Shown: positions 8,727 to 18,824, counted from the first letter of the stretch. The stretch is DNA of 64,000 nucleotides from a virus (IMGVR_UViG_3300029474_000225:35109-99108); one strand, 5' to 3'. A program made the numbers and translations. The notes: generated from the sequence alone by a model not told the origin.

Positions 8727-8924
8727 ATGGCATATAGAAAGACAAAACAACTAAGAGAATTTGAACCGATTCTGTTACAGAATGGATACAGATTTACACG
8801 GTGCAAGGGAAGTCATTTCATTTATATGAATCGAACTTCTCATAAAATCATAGCAGTCAATAAAGACTTGAACAGAATGGTTCGTGAACGATTAATAAAA
8901 GAGAATAAGTTACAGGAGGTATAA
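8727..8924 (+). CDS. HicA-like (YcfA family) mRNA interferase toxin homolog
   Basis: NGYRFTRCKGSHFIY...KIIAVN.KDLNRMVRERLIKE matches the HicA GW..R.KGSH / DL..G.....LK pattern. 65 aa. Confidence 0.6.
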   Translation: MAYRKTKQLREFEPILLQNGYRFTRCKGSHFIYMNRTSHKIIAVNKDLNRMVRERLIKENKLQEV

Positions 8925-8928
8925 AACT

Positions 8929-9099
8929 GTGCAGACAAGAGAAATTAAAGTAGGAACAAAATTCAAGCATATGAAAGAAGAATGGATCTGTACATCGAAC
9001 GATGGATTCATATTTGAAGCAGATTGTTTGAATAAAAATTGTCCAATGAAAGATTTAATGCTTATTGGATCAAGCGAAGAAGTAGAAGTGATTGAATAG
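8929..9099 (+). CDS. small hypothetical protein (56 aa, GTG start)
   Basis: SD AGGAGG lies 8 nt upstream of the GTG. A possible partner of the HicA-like gene, though it is too short for a typical HicB. Confidence 0.4.
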   Translation: MQTREIKVGTKFKHMKEEWICTSNDGFIFEADCLNKNCPMKDLMLIGSSEEVEVIE

Positions 9100-9112
9100 G
9101 AGGTGTAAGAAC

Positions 9113-9487
9113 ATGAAATGGACAGAGTTATTACGGAAAGATAATTATGCTTTACTGCAAAGCGAAAGTGATACACAGTATGCGGTTGCAAGTGGCTATG
9201 ATCCAACGCAGCCTGAAGATCAGCAGTGGTCAAGTGGAACATATTTTACTTATTGGAATGACGCAAAGCGAAAAGCTGATTGCTTGCAAAATGCTTTAGA
9301 TTGTTTTAGAAGTAGAACAGAAGAGAACTATGTAACCAAAGGTCAGAAATACCTTGAAATCTACAGAGAAGATTATAGCGAAGGCACATTCAATGAAATT
9401 ATTACATCGCTTGGAATTGATAATGACAGAGTTGGAAATGCGATTGGTTGTTATTGCATTGTAGATGAAGAAAGTTTAAAAAGGTAA
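9113..9487 (+). CDS. hypothetical protein
   Basis: Internal ATG of track ORF 9092, with SD AGGAGGTG 7 nt upstream. Confidence 0.6.
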   Translation: MKWTELLRKDNYALLQSESDTQYAVASGYDPTQPEDQQWSSGTYFTYWNDAKRKADCLQNALDCFRSRTEENYVTKGQKYLEIYREDYSEGTFNEIITSLGIDNDRVGNAIGCYCIVDEESLKR

Positions 9488-9510
9488 AAGAATGCGAAGA
9501 GGTATAGTTC

Positions 9511-9717
9511 ATGCGATTAAGTGATTTATTATCATATATAAGCGAAAATGAAAACGTTTATGTATGGTTGGATGGAAAAATTGTAGCTGAATATAATGGG
9601 AGAGATAGTATTTCTCTTAAATATAATGATTTTGAGGTTGAAAAAGGAAGTCTTAGAAAGTGTGAAAATGGAATCGAAGTTACATTGACAGGAAATTTAA
9701 TTGTTCCTAAAAGATAA
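9511..9717 (+). CDS. hypothetical protein
   Basis: 68-aa ORF with SD GAAGAGG. Confidence 0.5.
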   Translation: MRLSDLLSYISENENVYVWLDGKIVAEYNGRDSISLKYNDFEVEKGSLRKCENGIEVTLTGNLIVPKR

Positions 9718-9805
9718 TGAGCAGGAAGATGTGGATTTTATTATCTCGATGAATGTAATAGCAGAGTAAACAGATATTTCATAATGAAAGGTAAAGGGTA
9801 ATAGC

Positions 9806-9958
9806 ATGAAAAAAGTAAAAGTAACAATGACCGTTGTTTTAAATGATAATGCAGATGTAAAAGAAATTAAAAAGTGGGAGCATCATATTGATTATGCGAT
9901 TGATATGGATAGTTATCCAGAGATTGAACATATTGAGAATGTTAAGGTTGAAGAATAG
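9806..9958 (+). CDS. small hypothetical protein (50 aa)
   Basis: ORF with a weak SD (AAGGG) that fills a gap between neighbouring genes. Confidence 0.3.
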   Translation: MKKVKVTMTVVLNDNADVKEIKKWEHHIDYAIDMDSYPEIEHIENVKVEE

Positions 9959-9992
9959 AAAATGGATATTTCACAAGAAGGAGGATAGAATC

Positions 9993-10169
9993 ATGAAGTA
10001 CAGATTAGGTTGTTATAACACAGATGGAAGTTTAGAGTGTCTTCGTGCTGTAGATAATAAAGAGAGTGCAAAACTTGCGTACAAACATCTGAAAGAAGAA
10101 TATCAGTGTACGATTTGGGTTCAGAAGATAGAGTTTGTTGATCCAAAAGAGGAGTTTAAAGAAGCATAA
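9993..10169 (+). CDS. hypothetical protein (58 aa)
   Basis: Internal ATG of track ORF 9888, with SD AAGGAGGA. Confidence 0.5.
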   Translation: MKYRLGCYNTDGSLECLRAVDNKESAKLAYKHLKEEYQCTIWVQKIEFVDPKEEFKEA

Positions 10170-10212
10170 CAAATGCGTGTTTCATTGGATTTAATAAGAA
10201 GGAGTGATAAGT

Positions 10213-10464
10213 ATGGAATTTTTAGTACAGTATACTATTGAAGGAAGTGAAAAAATTATAAACAAGATTGTAAATTCTTGTTGGATTATTGAAGTAACAA
10301 ATGAAAGCGATTTTAATGGAATTGAAGAAATGCATGTGTTTGATATAACAGATCTTGGAAAAATCAAACCGTTGCATTACAGAGGATGGCAGCCAGGATG
10401 CTTAATTGAATATGTAGACGATAAAAACAATGTAGTTATTCATGGATATGGAACAGACCATTAA
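10213..10464 (+). CDS. hypothetical protein
   Basis: SD AAGGAG upstream of the ATG at 10213. Confidence 0.55.
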   Translation: MEFLVQYTIEGSEKIINKIVNSCWIIEVTNESDFNGIEEMHVFDITDLGKIKPLHYRGWQPGCLIEYVDDKNNVVIHGYGTDH

Positions 10465-10499
10465 ATTCGCATTTACTAGGGAAATGGAGGACAACAGAT

Positions 10500-10736
10500 A
10501 TGAATATCAATTATTTTAGAGATAAGTATATGAATAAAGAATTTATGATAATTACTAATACTGAACGAACAGTATTAGTAACTGATATTGATGACTTTTA
10601 TATGACAGTCAAAGTGACAAAGAATAAATACAGTAGGCAAAACTGTATTGGAAATTATTTTCCGTATGTGGATGATATTGTGAAATATCCTCTCACGGCA
10701 TTACCAGTGATGTATGAAGTATCAGAAGGAAACTAA
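10500..10736 (+). CDS. hypothetical protein
   Basis: SD ATGGAGGA upstream. Confidence 0.55.
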   Translation: MNINYFRDKYMNKEFMIITNTERTVLVTDIDDFYMTVKVTKNKYSRQNCIGNYFPYVDDIVKYPLTALPVMYEVSEGN

Positions 10737-10762
10737 GATTTACTTGGAAGGAGTGAAGAGAA

Positions 10763-10951
10763 ATGTCTAAGTATATATGTGAAAAGACAAAGGATGAAAT
10801 CCTTGAGATTATTGCAGATGAGTTTGATAAAGTAAACAAAGATTACGATAATGCGATGCAGAATGATAACGAAAAACTCAAGGAACGGAATCAGGGTAGA
10901 TACGTAGCAATGTTTGATTTGCTGCATAGGTTAGAGATTTATGAAAAGTAA
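10763..10951 (+). CDS. hypothetical protein
   Basis: SD GGAAGGAGTG upstream. Confidence 0.55.
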   Translation: MSKYICEKTKDEILEIIADEFDKVNKDYDNAMQNDNEKLKERNQGRYVAMFDLLHRLEIYEK

Positions 10952-11025
10952 ATAGCAAACGCAAAGGCAGTTAGGAGAATAATCTACTAGCTGCCTATTT
11001 TATTACAAGAAAGTGAGGAACGATT

Positions 11026-11298
11026 ATGCTAAAAGTAAACGATAAAGTAAAAGTGCATATGTACGACACATACAACAGAGAAATTAAAACACGGAATTAT
11101 GGAGCTGTGTTTACTGTGAAAGAAGTAAACGGAAAGCTTGGTATTGACTGGAATACAGAGAAATCACCAACGACTTGTGATGGCGAAGTGTTCACACCAT
11201 TTGAAACATTTTCATATTCAGTAATTTTTGAGAATGTAGAAAATGGAAAGAAGTACCATTGGAGCAATGCGGAAAACGGAATTGTAGAGGAGGTTTAA
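11026..11298 (+). CDS. hypothetical protein
   Basis: SD AAGTGAGGAA upstream. Confidence 0.55.
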   Translation: MLKVNDKVKVHMYDTYNREIKTRNYGAVFTVKEVNGKLGIDWNTEKSPTTCDGEVFTPFETFSYSVIFENVENGKKYHWSNAENGIVEEV

Positions 11299-11299
11299 T

Positions 11300-11572
11300 A
11301 TGAGCAGATGGTTATATGATCCTGAAACGGATTCACGGAATGGAAAAGAGTTTACATATAACTCACCAATACATGAGAACGATACATTATTCAGTGGTTT
11401 CTCATATAGAGAAATTATGGATGTTGTAATTGCAAATTATGGTCACGACATTACAGAAGAACAGTTTGACAAGGCACTCAAAGAGTTTATGGATATGCGA
11501 ATTGAGGATATGAAAGAGAACTTAATGATGTGTAAAACGAATATGTTAAAGGAAATTAGAAAGGCAGGTTGA
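11300..11572 (+). CDS. hypothetical protein
   Basis: SD GAGGAGG upstream. Start abuts the upstream stop. Confidence 0.55.
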   Translation: MSRWLYDPETDSRNGKEFTYNSPIHENDTLFSGFSYREIMDVVIANYGHDITEEQFDKALKEFMDMRIEDMKENLMMCKTNMLKEIRKAG

Positions 11573-11577
11573 TTAGT

Positions 11578-12612
11578 ATGAGAGAAATTAAAGTTCAGTT
11601 ATATAGAGGCGAAGATGATAATTATGTTGAGCTTTGGAAAACAGTTGAAGAAATCGAAGGAAAGCACAGATATTATGGAAGATACACATTTGGAAATGAG
11701 GGAACTTGGTATTCAGTATGTGATCCACTTGGTTATTGTGAATTAAATGCACCGATGGCAGATGATGTAATGTTTATTTGCTGTGATGAAAATGGAAATG
11801 AAGTAATCAGATATTCAAATGCTGATGGAAATAAACTTCCGAAATTTGAAACAGTAATCAAAAGAGAATGGAATAAGGTAAAAGAAAAGCTTCAGCATAA
11901 CACAGAAGATTTGACTAAAAACTTTTGGGCTGAGTGCTGGAACGGAGACACTACAATGAAAATAAATCAGTGGTTGTTATCTTATAAAGATCCAGACTTA
12001 TATCCTGAAAAGGCAAAAGATTATGATGAAAACTGGACAAATTGTTGGGCAGAAAAAGAAATTGGATATGAACCTATTCCAGATACAGAATTTGAGTATT
12101 TAGGTCATAAATATCAGTTCACAAAGGTAAAACATAAACATGAATACTGTGGTGTTGAGTGGTACGAATTTGTATGTACCGATTCTCCTTATGTAATGCA
12201 GGATACACCTTGGGTAAAAGATAGGGCATGGATTCAGTCTTATATGTATCTTGGAAATTGGTTCAATGATAAGACTTATGGAACAATGTATGATCAAAGA
12301 ACAGCAAGAGAAAGGGTAGTTGCAGCACTTATTAAAAAGTTCCCTATGAAAGAGAAATGGGACAAGTTACTTTATGTAAAGAAGAGAACTGGAAATGAAT
12401 TTTATAATTGTGATTGCTGTTATGAAAAGTCATATTCCGATATGGCAGATGTACTTATTAACAGAAATTATCACAGAAAAGATGTTGACCATCTTTGTAA
12501 GTTCATTAACAAGGAAACAGAAGGAATTGTATTTGCAAGCAATAGAGGTAATAAGTACACAATCAGACAGATTTATCCAGATATTTATGACTATGATAAT
12601 TGTTTGATATAA
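11578..12612 (+). CDS. hypothetical protein (345 aa, Cys/Trp-rich)
   Basis: Long ORF whose start overlaps the end of the upstream gene. Confidence 0.6.
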   Translation: MREIKVQLYRGEDDNYVELWKTVEEIEGKHRYYGRYTFGNEGTWYSVCDPLGYCELNAPMADDVMFICCDENGNEVIRYSNADGNKLPKFETVIKREWNKVKEKLQHNTEDLTKNFWAECWNGDTTMKINQWLLSYKDPDLYPEKAKDYDENWTNCWAEKEIGYEPIPDTEFEYLGHKYQFTKVKHKHEYCGVEWYEFVCTDSPYVMQDTPWVKDRAWIQSYMYLGNWFNDKTYGTMYDQRTARERVVAALIKKFPMKEKWDKLLYVKKRTGNEFYNCDCCYEKSYSDMADVLINRNYHRKDVDHLCKFINKETEGIVFASNRGNKYTIRQIYPDIYDYDNCLI

Positions 12613-12629
12613 GAAATGAGGTGACTGAT

Positions 12630-12995
12630 ATGCAGGTCATAGATAAAGTTGTTACACCAGACGGAATAGAAATTGAGCTTAGAGATCTAAGTGGTGAACA
12701 CAAACTACCAGATTATAACGGAATGGAAATTGTCTTCCGTACAATTGCAAAGAAAACATTTCCACCAAACAAAGGATGGTATGCACAGAAAGGAAAAGAA
12801 TTTCATTCATGTATTTGTTACTATAAAAATTATACATCAGATATGTTGAAAGCAGATTATGAGGAGTTAAAAAATGGTACAAAAACTCTTGCAGATTTGA
12901 AATCATATTTCTGGAATGGTAAGAGAGACAGTTATGTACTTGGATTAGAAGGAAGTGAGAATTATGCAGAAAACATTAATGGAAATGCTGATTGA
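12630..12995 (+). CDS. hypothetical protein
   Basis: SD GAGGTGA upstream of the ATG at 12630. Confidence 0.55.
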   Translation: MQVIDKVVTPDGIEIELRDLSGEHKLPDYNGMEIVFRTIAKKTFPPNKGWYAQKGKEFHSCICYYKNYTSDMLKADYEELKNGTKTLADLKSYFWNGKRDSYVLGLEGSENYAENINGNAD

Positions 12996-13197
12996 AGCAG
13001 GTTATCCGAAAGAAGAAATGTATCATCCTTCGTATGGATCTGATTTATATGTATATGTAATACCACTCACAACAAAAGTAATTGAGGAATGGTGCAAAAT
13101 ACATAATTATAGAATGGCTTGGCATTGTCCTACATTCAAAGATCAGATAACAGGCAAAATGATGTATGATTGTGCATTTCAGTGGTATGAAAATTAA
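12964..13197 (+). CDS. hypothetical protein
   Basis: Track ORF. The 5' end overlaps the upstream gene. Confidence 0.45.
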   Translation: MQKTLMEMLIEAGYPKEEMYHPSYGSDLYVYVIPLTTKVIEEWCKIHNYRMAWHCPTFKDQITGKMMYDCAFQWYEN

Positions 13198-13216
13198 CAG
13201 ATAGGAGCGTGATTAT

Positions 13217-13432
13217 ATGGCGAAACATATTATTGATAAAGACAATACATTAAAAGCGTTGGGAAGCATTAACACATTATTATCTCAATCGTTACAGATA
13301 ATTAAAAAGGTAAACGAAGATGAACAATGGGATTTTTGTACAGATGATGTTTTGGCAAGACGAGTCAATGCTGCTGAAAGATTAATAAAACAAATATCAG
13401 ACGTTGTATTTCAGAACGAAAAAGCAAAGTAA
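13217..13432 (+). CDS. hypothetical protein
   Basis: SD TAGGAGCG upstream. Confidence 0.5.
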   Translation: MAKHIIDKDNTLKALGSINTLLSQSLQIIKKVNEDEQWDFCTDDVLARRVNAAERLIKQISDVVFQNEKAK

Positions 13433-13525
13433 ATTGTAATTTCTTGGTAAAATAATTGCAAGATATAGTGGTGTATAAAACGAGTAACCACGATATATAG
13501 TATAAGAGAAAAGGAGATTAAAACT

Positions 13526-14011
13526 ATGAGAGTAAACGAAGTAAGAAAAACAGAAACAATTGAGAAACTTGTAAGAACAGAGTACATCGCAGAAGATGGC
13601 ACAGTATTTAGAAGTGAAGAAGAGTGTAAAAAGTATGAGGAATCAGCACTGTTTGCAATCAGCAAAGAGTTAAAGAGACTTGATAATAAGAAAAATGGAG
13701 CTTCTGAATATGATATTTATGATGAATGTTCTGATGACTATCTGGTAGAGATTTTCAATGCAGAAACAGAAAGAGATATTGAGAATATCAGAAGATATGT
13801 ATATCTTAAAGCTCTTTCGAATAGTTCATATGCGAGAAAGGAAGATGTTGATTTACCTAATATCACAGCAGGGCATGAGGTAATTATCCATTGGAATTAT
13901 GATGAAGATAGTTGTTGGACTATTGGAAATGGAAGTATTGATGCTTTCTGTGGTTATATTAGAGAGAATCTTATGAGTTTAATCACACCAAAAGAAGAGA
14001 AAGTAGATTAA
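13526..14011 (+). CDS. hypothetical protein
   Basis: SD AAAAGGAGA upstream. Confidence 0.6.
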   Translation: MRVNEVRKTETIEKLVRTEYIAEDGTVFRSEEECKKYEESALFAISKELKRLDNKKNGASEYDIYDECSDDYLVEIFNAETERDIENIRRYVYLKALSNSSYARKEDVDLPNITAGHEVIIHWNYDEDSCWTIGNGSIDAFCGYIRENLMSLITPKEEKVD

Positions 14012-14081
14012 TACAGAGAATAAATAAAGGCAGATGCAAATAATTGTGTCTGTCTTATTTTATTATGAAGGAGAATGTGAA

Positions 14082-14381
14082 ATGCAGTTGATGAAATTTG
14101 TAACAAGAGACACCAAAGACAAAAACAAAATTCTTGTATGGTGTACAACAAACAGACTAATTACATTCAGAGATTTCATGCAGTATGTATTGGACAATGT
14201 GAAAAATCCAAAAGATTTTATGATTATTGATACGGAAAAGGATCTTGTTTATGACATGTATAAAGTTGCAACAGAAATGTATGGAATGAGAAAGAGAACT
14301 TTTGAAGAAAGAATGAATGGTGTTTATACAGGAAAATGGGCAAAATATACAAATTTAGATTTGAACTATGGAGGCAAGTAA
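14082..14381 (+). CDS. hypothetical protein
   Basis: SD GAAGGAGAA upstream of the ATG at 14082. Confidence 0.55.
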   Translation: MQLMKFVTRDTKDKNKILVWCTTNRLITFRDFMQYVLDNVKNPKDFMIIDTEKDLVYDMYKVATEMYGMRKRTFEERMNGVYTGKWAKYTNLDLNYGGK

Positions 14382-14382
14382 A

Positions 14383-15021
14383 ATGGGACTTTTATATTTA
14401 AAGAATGAAGAGAAACAGTTATACAGTGCATACGGATTAACCGTATATGGCAGACAGGATAGATATGAACGGACTATCTACAATAATAAACCAGATGAAA
14501 ATGTATATACATCATTACGGATTGAGCGAAACGGAGAGGAAATCTACAACAGAAATCTTGGTAACAGATGTATCTTTGAAGAGAATTTCAACAGGACAAT
14601 TGATAACTTCTTATGGTGGATTGACAAAGATGATCCTGATGCATATGACATTGATAATGCAGTTATTAAGAATCTGTGTGAAACAAACTCATTATTTAAT
14701 CATCTGATTGGAAATCGTAAGCGAAAAGAACAAGCAGAAGCTAATGAAAAAGCAAGGGTTGAAGCAATCAGAGAAAAGGAACAGAAACAGATTGATTTGA
14801 TTAAGCAGTATTGTGAAAAGAAAAATCTGTTATTCAAACGGTATTATGAAAAGGTTTATCTGATTAAGCTGCACAATAAAGATGTAAGACAGATGATTGA
14901 AAATGCAGACAATAAGCAGTTTGAAGGATTGAGAGATTTTATGAATGAACATCCTGATAACAAAGATGCTGTGATTGTAATGAATGGAAACATTGAAGAC
15001 ATAGCAAGGCAGATAGCATAG
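14383..15021 (+). CDS. hypothetical protein
   Basis: SD GGAGG upstream. Start is coupled to the upstream stop. Confidence 0.6.
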   Translation: MGLLYLKNEEKQLYSAYGLTVYGRQDRYERTIYNNKPDENVYTSLRIERNGEEIYNRNLGNRCIFEENFNRTIDNFLWWIDKDDPDAYDIDNAVIKNLCETNSLFNHLIGNRKRKEQAEANEKARVEAIREKEQKQIDLIKQYCEKKNLLFKRYYEKVYLIKLHNKDVRQMIENADNKQFEGLRDFMNEHPDNKDAVIVMNGNIEDIARQIA

Positions 15022-15039
15022 AAAGTGAGGTTGATGATT

Positions 15040-15843
15040 ATGGCAGAGATTAAAGAATTAGTCGCAAAAGCAAACGAACAGTGTAAACGGATTAAAGATT
15101 ATATTGCAGAAAATGAAGGTATGTTTGATTCAATGGATCTGAAATTGCACGATGCAAGTTTCTATGAGTACAGAAATATGGAAAAAGAGTTCCCACTTTG
15201 CTATGCAGATAATGAAGAATGTAGTGAAAATTCATACTTTTATAGATTTTGTAATTCAACATATGACCAGTTCACAGATTGGTGTGCTGAAGAGAAAATT
15301 GATTTTAGAGCAATGTGTCATCATATTGGCAGAACTTCATCGTTTTACCTGTATGATAAAGATCTTGTACAAAGAGAAAATGGAAGAATTAATTGGTCTT
15401 GGACAATGTATAACATTTTCAATGAGCTTGGATATTCAAATTATTATCAGTTGCTTGAATTTGATAATGAAGGAAATGTAGATGAAGAAGAATCATTCAA
15501 GTGCAATGAAGATTATTACACAAGAGAAGAGTGGATTGAAGAACTGAAACCAGCATTACAATATATTGTTGATGATATGTATGACGATTTTATAAGGGAA
15601 ATTGAAGATGTTAAAAAGGTATATGAGTATATCAAAGATACAAAAAATAATCAAGTTGAATATTTCAAGGAATTTCTTGAATGGAATGAAGATGATTTAC
15701 AATACGAGAAAGACAAGAGAGATAAGGAAATGGCAAAACGAAAAGAAATTATTTCAAAAATGCCCCAAAAGATACATGCAATAATGAATCGTTCTGCATT
15801 GGATAGTGATGACTTAAATATAGTGCTTGGTTGTATGAATTAA
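15040..15843 (+). CDS. hypothetical protein (acidic, 267 aa)
   Basis: SD GTGAGGT upstream. Confidence 0.6.
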   Translation: MAEIKELVAKANEQCKRIKDYIAENEGMFDSMDLKLHDASFYEYRNMEKEFPLCYADNEECSENSYFYRFCNSTYDQFTDWCAEEKIDFRAMCHHIGRTSSFYLYDKDLVQRENGRINWSWTMYNIFNELGYSNYYQLLEFDNEGNVDEEESFKCNEDYYTREEWIEELKPALQYIVDDMYDDFIREIEDVKKVYEYIKDTKNNQVEYFKEFLEWNEDDLQYEKDKRDKEMAKRKEIISKMPQKIHAIMNRSALDSDDLNIVLGCMN

Positions 15844-15887
15844 AACCAGAGGAAAGAACTGTTTATTTAGAAAGTGAGGCAAGTAAA

Positions 15888-16112
15888 ATGGTTGATTATA
15901 CAAGAATAAATGTGTCAAAAGATGGCAAATATTTATTCGCAACAGAACAAGGACAGCTTACATACGATTGGGAAGCAAAACGGGTTTACAAATTATTAAA
16001 AGAAAAATTTCCAGAAAACGAAGGCTACAAAGTTTCTGTAATAGAATGGAGAGCAAGAGGAATTGAACCAGATTGGGCGAAGGAGGTAAACGATAATGAA
16101 AACAATAATTGA
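15888..16112 (+). CDS. hypothetical protein
   Basis: SD GTGAGGCAAG upstream of the ATG at 15888. Confidence 0.5.
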   Translation: MVDYTRINVSKDGKYLFATEQGQLTYDWEAKRVYKLLKEKFPENEGYKVSVIEWRARGIEPDWAKEVNDNENNN

Positions 16113-16419
16113 TAGAAGCGAATGTAAACCATTAAGTGACAATATTGAAGGCAAGTTAGTAGTAATTAAACCAGATTTTTTCAAACCAGAATTTAGAGAT
16201 GCAAAATATCAAATTGTACTTGCAACTGGTGGTTTTGGATGTGATGCAGATAAATTTGGAACTGCTGTGTTTGTAACAGAATGTTGTGAAGATCCCGAAG
16301 AATATAGGCAAGAAAGATACAATCTTATTGGTGAACCTACAAAAGAAATGATTGCTGAATGGAAAGCGAAGTACGGAGATTTCAATAAGAAAGTACAAAA
16401 AGCATTAAAAGGAGAGTGA
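16096..16419 (+). CDS. hypothetical protein
   Basis: SD AAGGAGGT upstream. The 5' end overlaps the upstream gene. Confidence 0.6.
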   Translation: MKTIIDRSECKPLSDNIEGKLVVIKPDFFKPEFRDAKYQIVLATGGFGCDADKFGTAVFVTECCEDPEEYRQERYNLIGEPTKEMIAEWKAKYGDFNKKVQKALKGE

Positions 16420-16424
16420 TTAGT

Positions 16425-16613
16425 ATGAGAGATTTAAAACCTGGTGATGTTGTTCATGTTCAAGGAATTGTTTGTGAGATTGCAGAAATTGCATGGCAAG
16501 AGCCTTGGGATTGGAGAGAGGCATATTACTTAGAGTTTAGAGATGTAAACGGAATATACAGAAGTTGGAAACAAAATTTCGATGGTGGTTATGCTGAATT
16601 GAAGGGAGAGTGA
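16425..16613 (+). CDS. hypothetical protein
   Basis: SD AAAAGGAGAG upstream. Confidence 0.5.
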   Translation: MRDLKPGDVVHVQGIVCEIAEIAWQEPWDWREAYYLEFRDVNGIYRSWKQNFDGGYAELKGE

Positions 16614-16618
16614 TTAAT

Positions 16619-16798
16619 ATGATTACACGAGAAAGATTTGTAGAAGAAACAAATTGGAAAATGAGCTACGAAGAATACAAGAAATGTTACTGTCCAGAGT
16701 GCAAAAGAGAAGAGTGCCCACACAGAGAAGCATATAGAAGAGTGCCTAGGATTGATGGTGGTCTTGGATTGTGTCCTAACTTAAAGGAGGATGATTAA
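16619..16798 (+). CDS. hypothetical Cys-rich protein (CPEC...CPH)
   Basis: SD AGGGAGAG upstream. Confidence 0.5.
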   Translation: MITRERFVEETNWKMSYEEYKKCYCPECKREECPHREAYRRVPRIDGGLGLCPNLKEDD

Positions 16799-16990
16799 AT
16801 GGAAGACTTACTAAACAAATTAACAGAAGAACAGAAAACAGAGTTGGGTAATCTGTGCCAAAAAATTAATGATATTTTTGAGGAAAATGATAACTTTACT
16901 GAAGATGATGTAGATAAATATACATGTACTTCATTACAAAATGGAATTTGCCAAGTAATGAATGAGTTAGGCTTATGGTGTACTATATAA
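16799..16990 (+). CDS. hypothetical protein
   Basis: SD AAGGAGGA upstream. Confidence 0.55.
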   Translation: MEDLLNKLTEEQKTELGNLCQKINDIFEENDNFTEDDVDKYTCTSLQNGICQVMNELGLWCTI

Positions 16991-17158
16991 ACTGTCTGGT
17001 GAAAATAAAGGTAATTTAGACCACGAAGAAATGTTCAATACCAAAGAGCAGATGGATAAAAGATATGATGAATTGTTCAAAAAAGGATTTGTATGGCTTA
17101 AATCCGACTGCATGGGAACAGAAAAATGGTGAATGGAAACGATTGGAGGGATATTAAT

Positions 17159-17380
17159 ATGGAAGTAAGGATATATCAAAACAAGCGAAATAAACAAAAG
17201 TACATAGAAGTGCATAATGATGGACATCATCATAATTCTGTTCGTCAGTATATACAGCACGATCAGAAAGTTGCAGGTCATAAGGTTGGAGTTGTTAGAA
17301 ATTATACTGGCGATGGAAAACTTCATCGGTGGAGAAAAGGTAACTTAAATGAGCTATTGGAAGATTACAAAGAGGTATAA
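17159..17380 (+). CDS. hypothetical His-rich protein
   Basis: SD TGGAGGGA upstream of the ATG at 17159. Confidence 0.55.
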   Translation: MEVRIYQNKRNKQKYIEVHNDGHHHNSVRQYIQHDQKVAGHKVGVVRNYTGDGKLHRWRKGNLNELLEDYKEV

Positions 17381-17382
17381 GT

Positions 17383-17694
17383 ATGGTAGATCAGTGGACA
17401 GGTAAATGGACAGAGGAAAAGGATTACAATATATATCCAAAAGAGAAATGGTGCGATTACGATTATATAGCTGCATGGATCAGAGAACAGAAATACGAAC
17501 CAGAAACATCAATGAAAAATTTAATAGAAATGATTTTTGGTTATTACTTTGAAGATGATGATGTAAAAGAAAGAGGATATTTTGCAATTAAGGATGAAAG
17601 AAAATATCCTGATAATCTTATGATATTTGTTCCAGATGTAGCAGAATATGTATTTGCAAGTGGTGGATTAAGCGAATTTGATTATGAAGCATAG
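17383..17694 (+). CDS. hypothetical protein
   Basis: SD AAGAGGT upstream. Confidence 0.55.
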   Translation: MVDQWTGKWTEEKDYNIYPKEKWCDYDYIAAWIREQKYEPETSMKNLIEMIFGYYFEDDDVKERGYFAIKDERKYPDNLMIFVPDVAEYVFASGGLSEFDYEA

Positions 17695-17700
17695 ATTGGA

Positions 17701-17907
17701 GTGATGGAAATGAAAATTACACAGACAAGAGTAAAACAATATAACAGTACATACAAGACAGTTATTGCAGTAGATGGGATTCCTGTATGTATTACACGAA
17801 GCAATAAAAGAGCAAGTGATATTGTTTCTTATTTGTCAGGATATGATGTTGAAATTAACGATGGAAAATTAAAGAAGCAGTTGGATAAAATTAGAAATGA
17901 AAAGTGA
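17701..17907 (+). CDS. hypothetical protein
   Basis: SD TTGGAGTG upstream. Confidence 0.5.
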   Translation: MMEMKITQTRVKQYNSTYKTVIAVDGIPVCITRSNKRASDIVSYLSGYDVEINDGKLKKQLDKIRNEK

Positions 17908-17918
17908 GGTAATTTATT

Positions 17919-18218
17919 ATGGTAAGAAAAATAAATAATAGACTATTCAAAGTAAATACATATGCTTCTAGCATTGTTGTTGAAGTCGATGACAAATATA
18001 CAGAAGAAGTGCAGAAAATGAGAGAGAAAATTGATTTCGATTCTATTGGATGGAAATTAAATTTGCTAACATATTTAGCAGAATTGACAGTACAAGGTTA
18101 TGCAATTTCAAGTGTAACGGAATTTAATATTGATGGAAGCAAGCCGAAAGTAGCATATGCAAGAGATAAAGATTTTAAGAAAATTGTAAAATACATTAAT
18201 AATGGTTATAGGAAATAG
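17919..18218 (+). CDS. hypothetical protein
   Basis: SD GTGAGGT upstream. Confidence 0.55.
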   Translation: MVRKINNRLFKVNTYASSIVVEVDDKYTEEVQKMREKIDFDSIGWKLNLLTYLAELTVQGYAISSVTEFNIDGSKPKVAYARDKDFKKIVKYINNGYRK

Positions 18219-18248
18219 CAATTTCATTTTAAGATTGGAGGAATAAAT

Positions 18249-18422
18249 ATGGCAAAATTTAATGTTAGATATTATGAGTGTTATGAAGGATATTATGAAG
18301 TAGAGGCAAACAGCAAAGAAGAAGCAGAAGAAAAGTTAATTTATGCTATTAAGGAAGGTAGAGAAAATGTACCAGATCAGTGCTATGACAGTGATGCGGA
18401 AGCTACAGAAATGGAGGAATAA
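18249..18422 (+). CDS. small hypothetical protein (57 aa)
   Basis: Below the track's 60-aa cutoff. Strong SD TTGGAGGAA. Codons verified. Confidence 0.5.
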   Translation: MAKFNVRYYECYEGYYEVEANSKEEAEEKLIYAIKEGRENVPDQCYDSDAEATEMEE

Positions 18423-18424
18423 TT

Positions 18425-18811
18425 ATGTTAAAGGCAATAAATATTAAATGGGACACAGACGGAGATATGGAAGTATTAAATGAACTTCCAACAGAACTTA
18501 TTATTCCTGATGATTTAGAAGAATTATACAAAAGAAAAGAAGATAGAGAATATGCTCTTGAAGAAATTGCTGATTGGTTATCAGAAGATACAGGATTTTG
18601 TCATGACGGATTTGAAATTGAAAAAGTAATCACAAAAGAGTTTGTTGAGGATGATTTATATGATTTTTTCAGTGACAAAATGGAAACAGGTGATGCGCCT
18701 GAAATTGAAAGGGTTGGTCGTTATCCAGATATGTATACCACACGAGATAACGGAATTGTTATTGATTGTGTAGGCGGGAAACGGATTAGATTGATTATTC
18801 AGGTAGATTAA
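18425..18811 (+). CDS. hypothetical acidic protein
   Basis: SD ATGGAGGAA upstream. Confidence 0.6.
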   Translation: MLKAINIKWDTDGDMEVLNELPTELIIPDDLEELYKRKEDREYALEEIADWLSEDTGFCHDGFEIEKVITKEFVEDDLYDFFSDKMETGDAPEIERVGRYPDMYTTRDNGIVIDCVGGKRIRLIIQVD

Positions 18812-18824
18812 GGAGTGGTGATTT

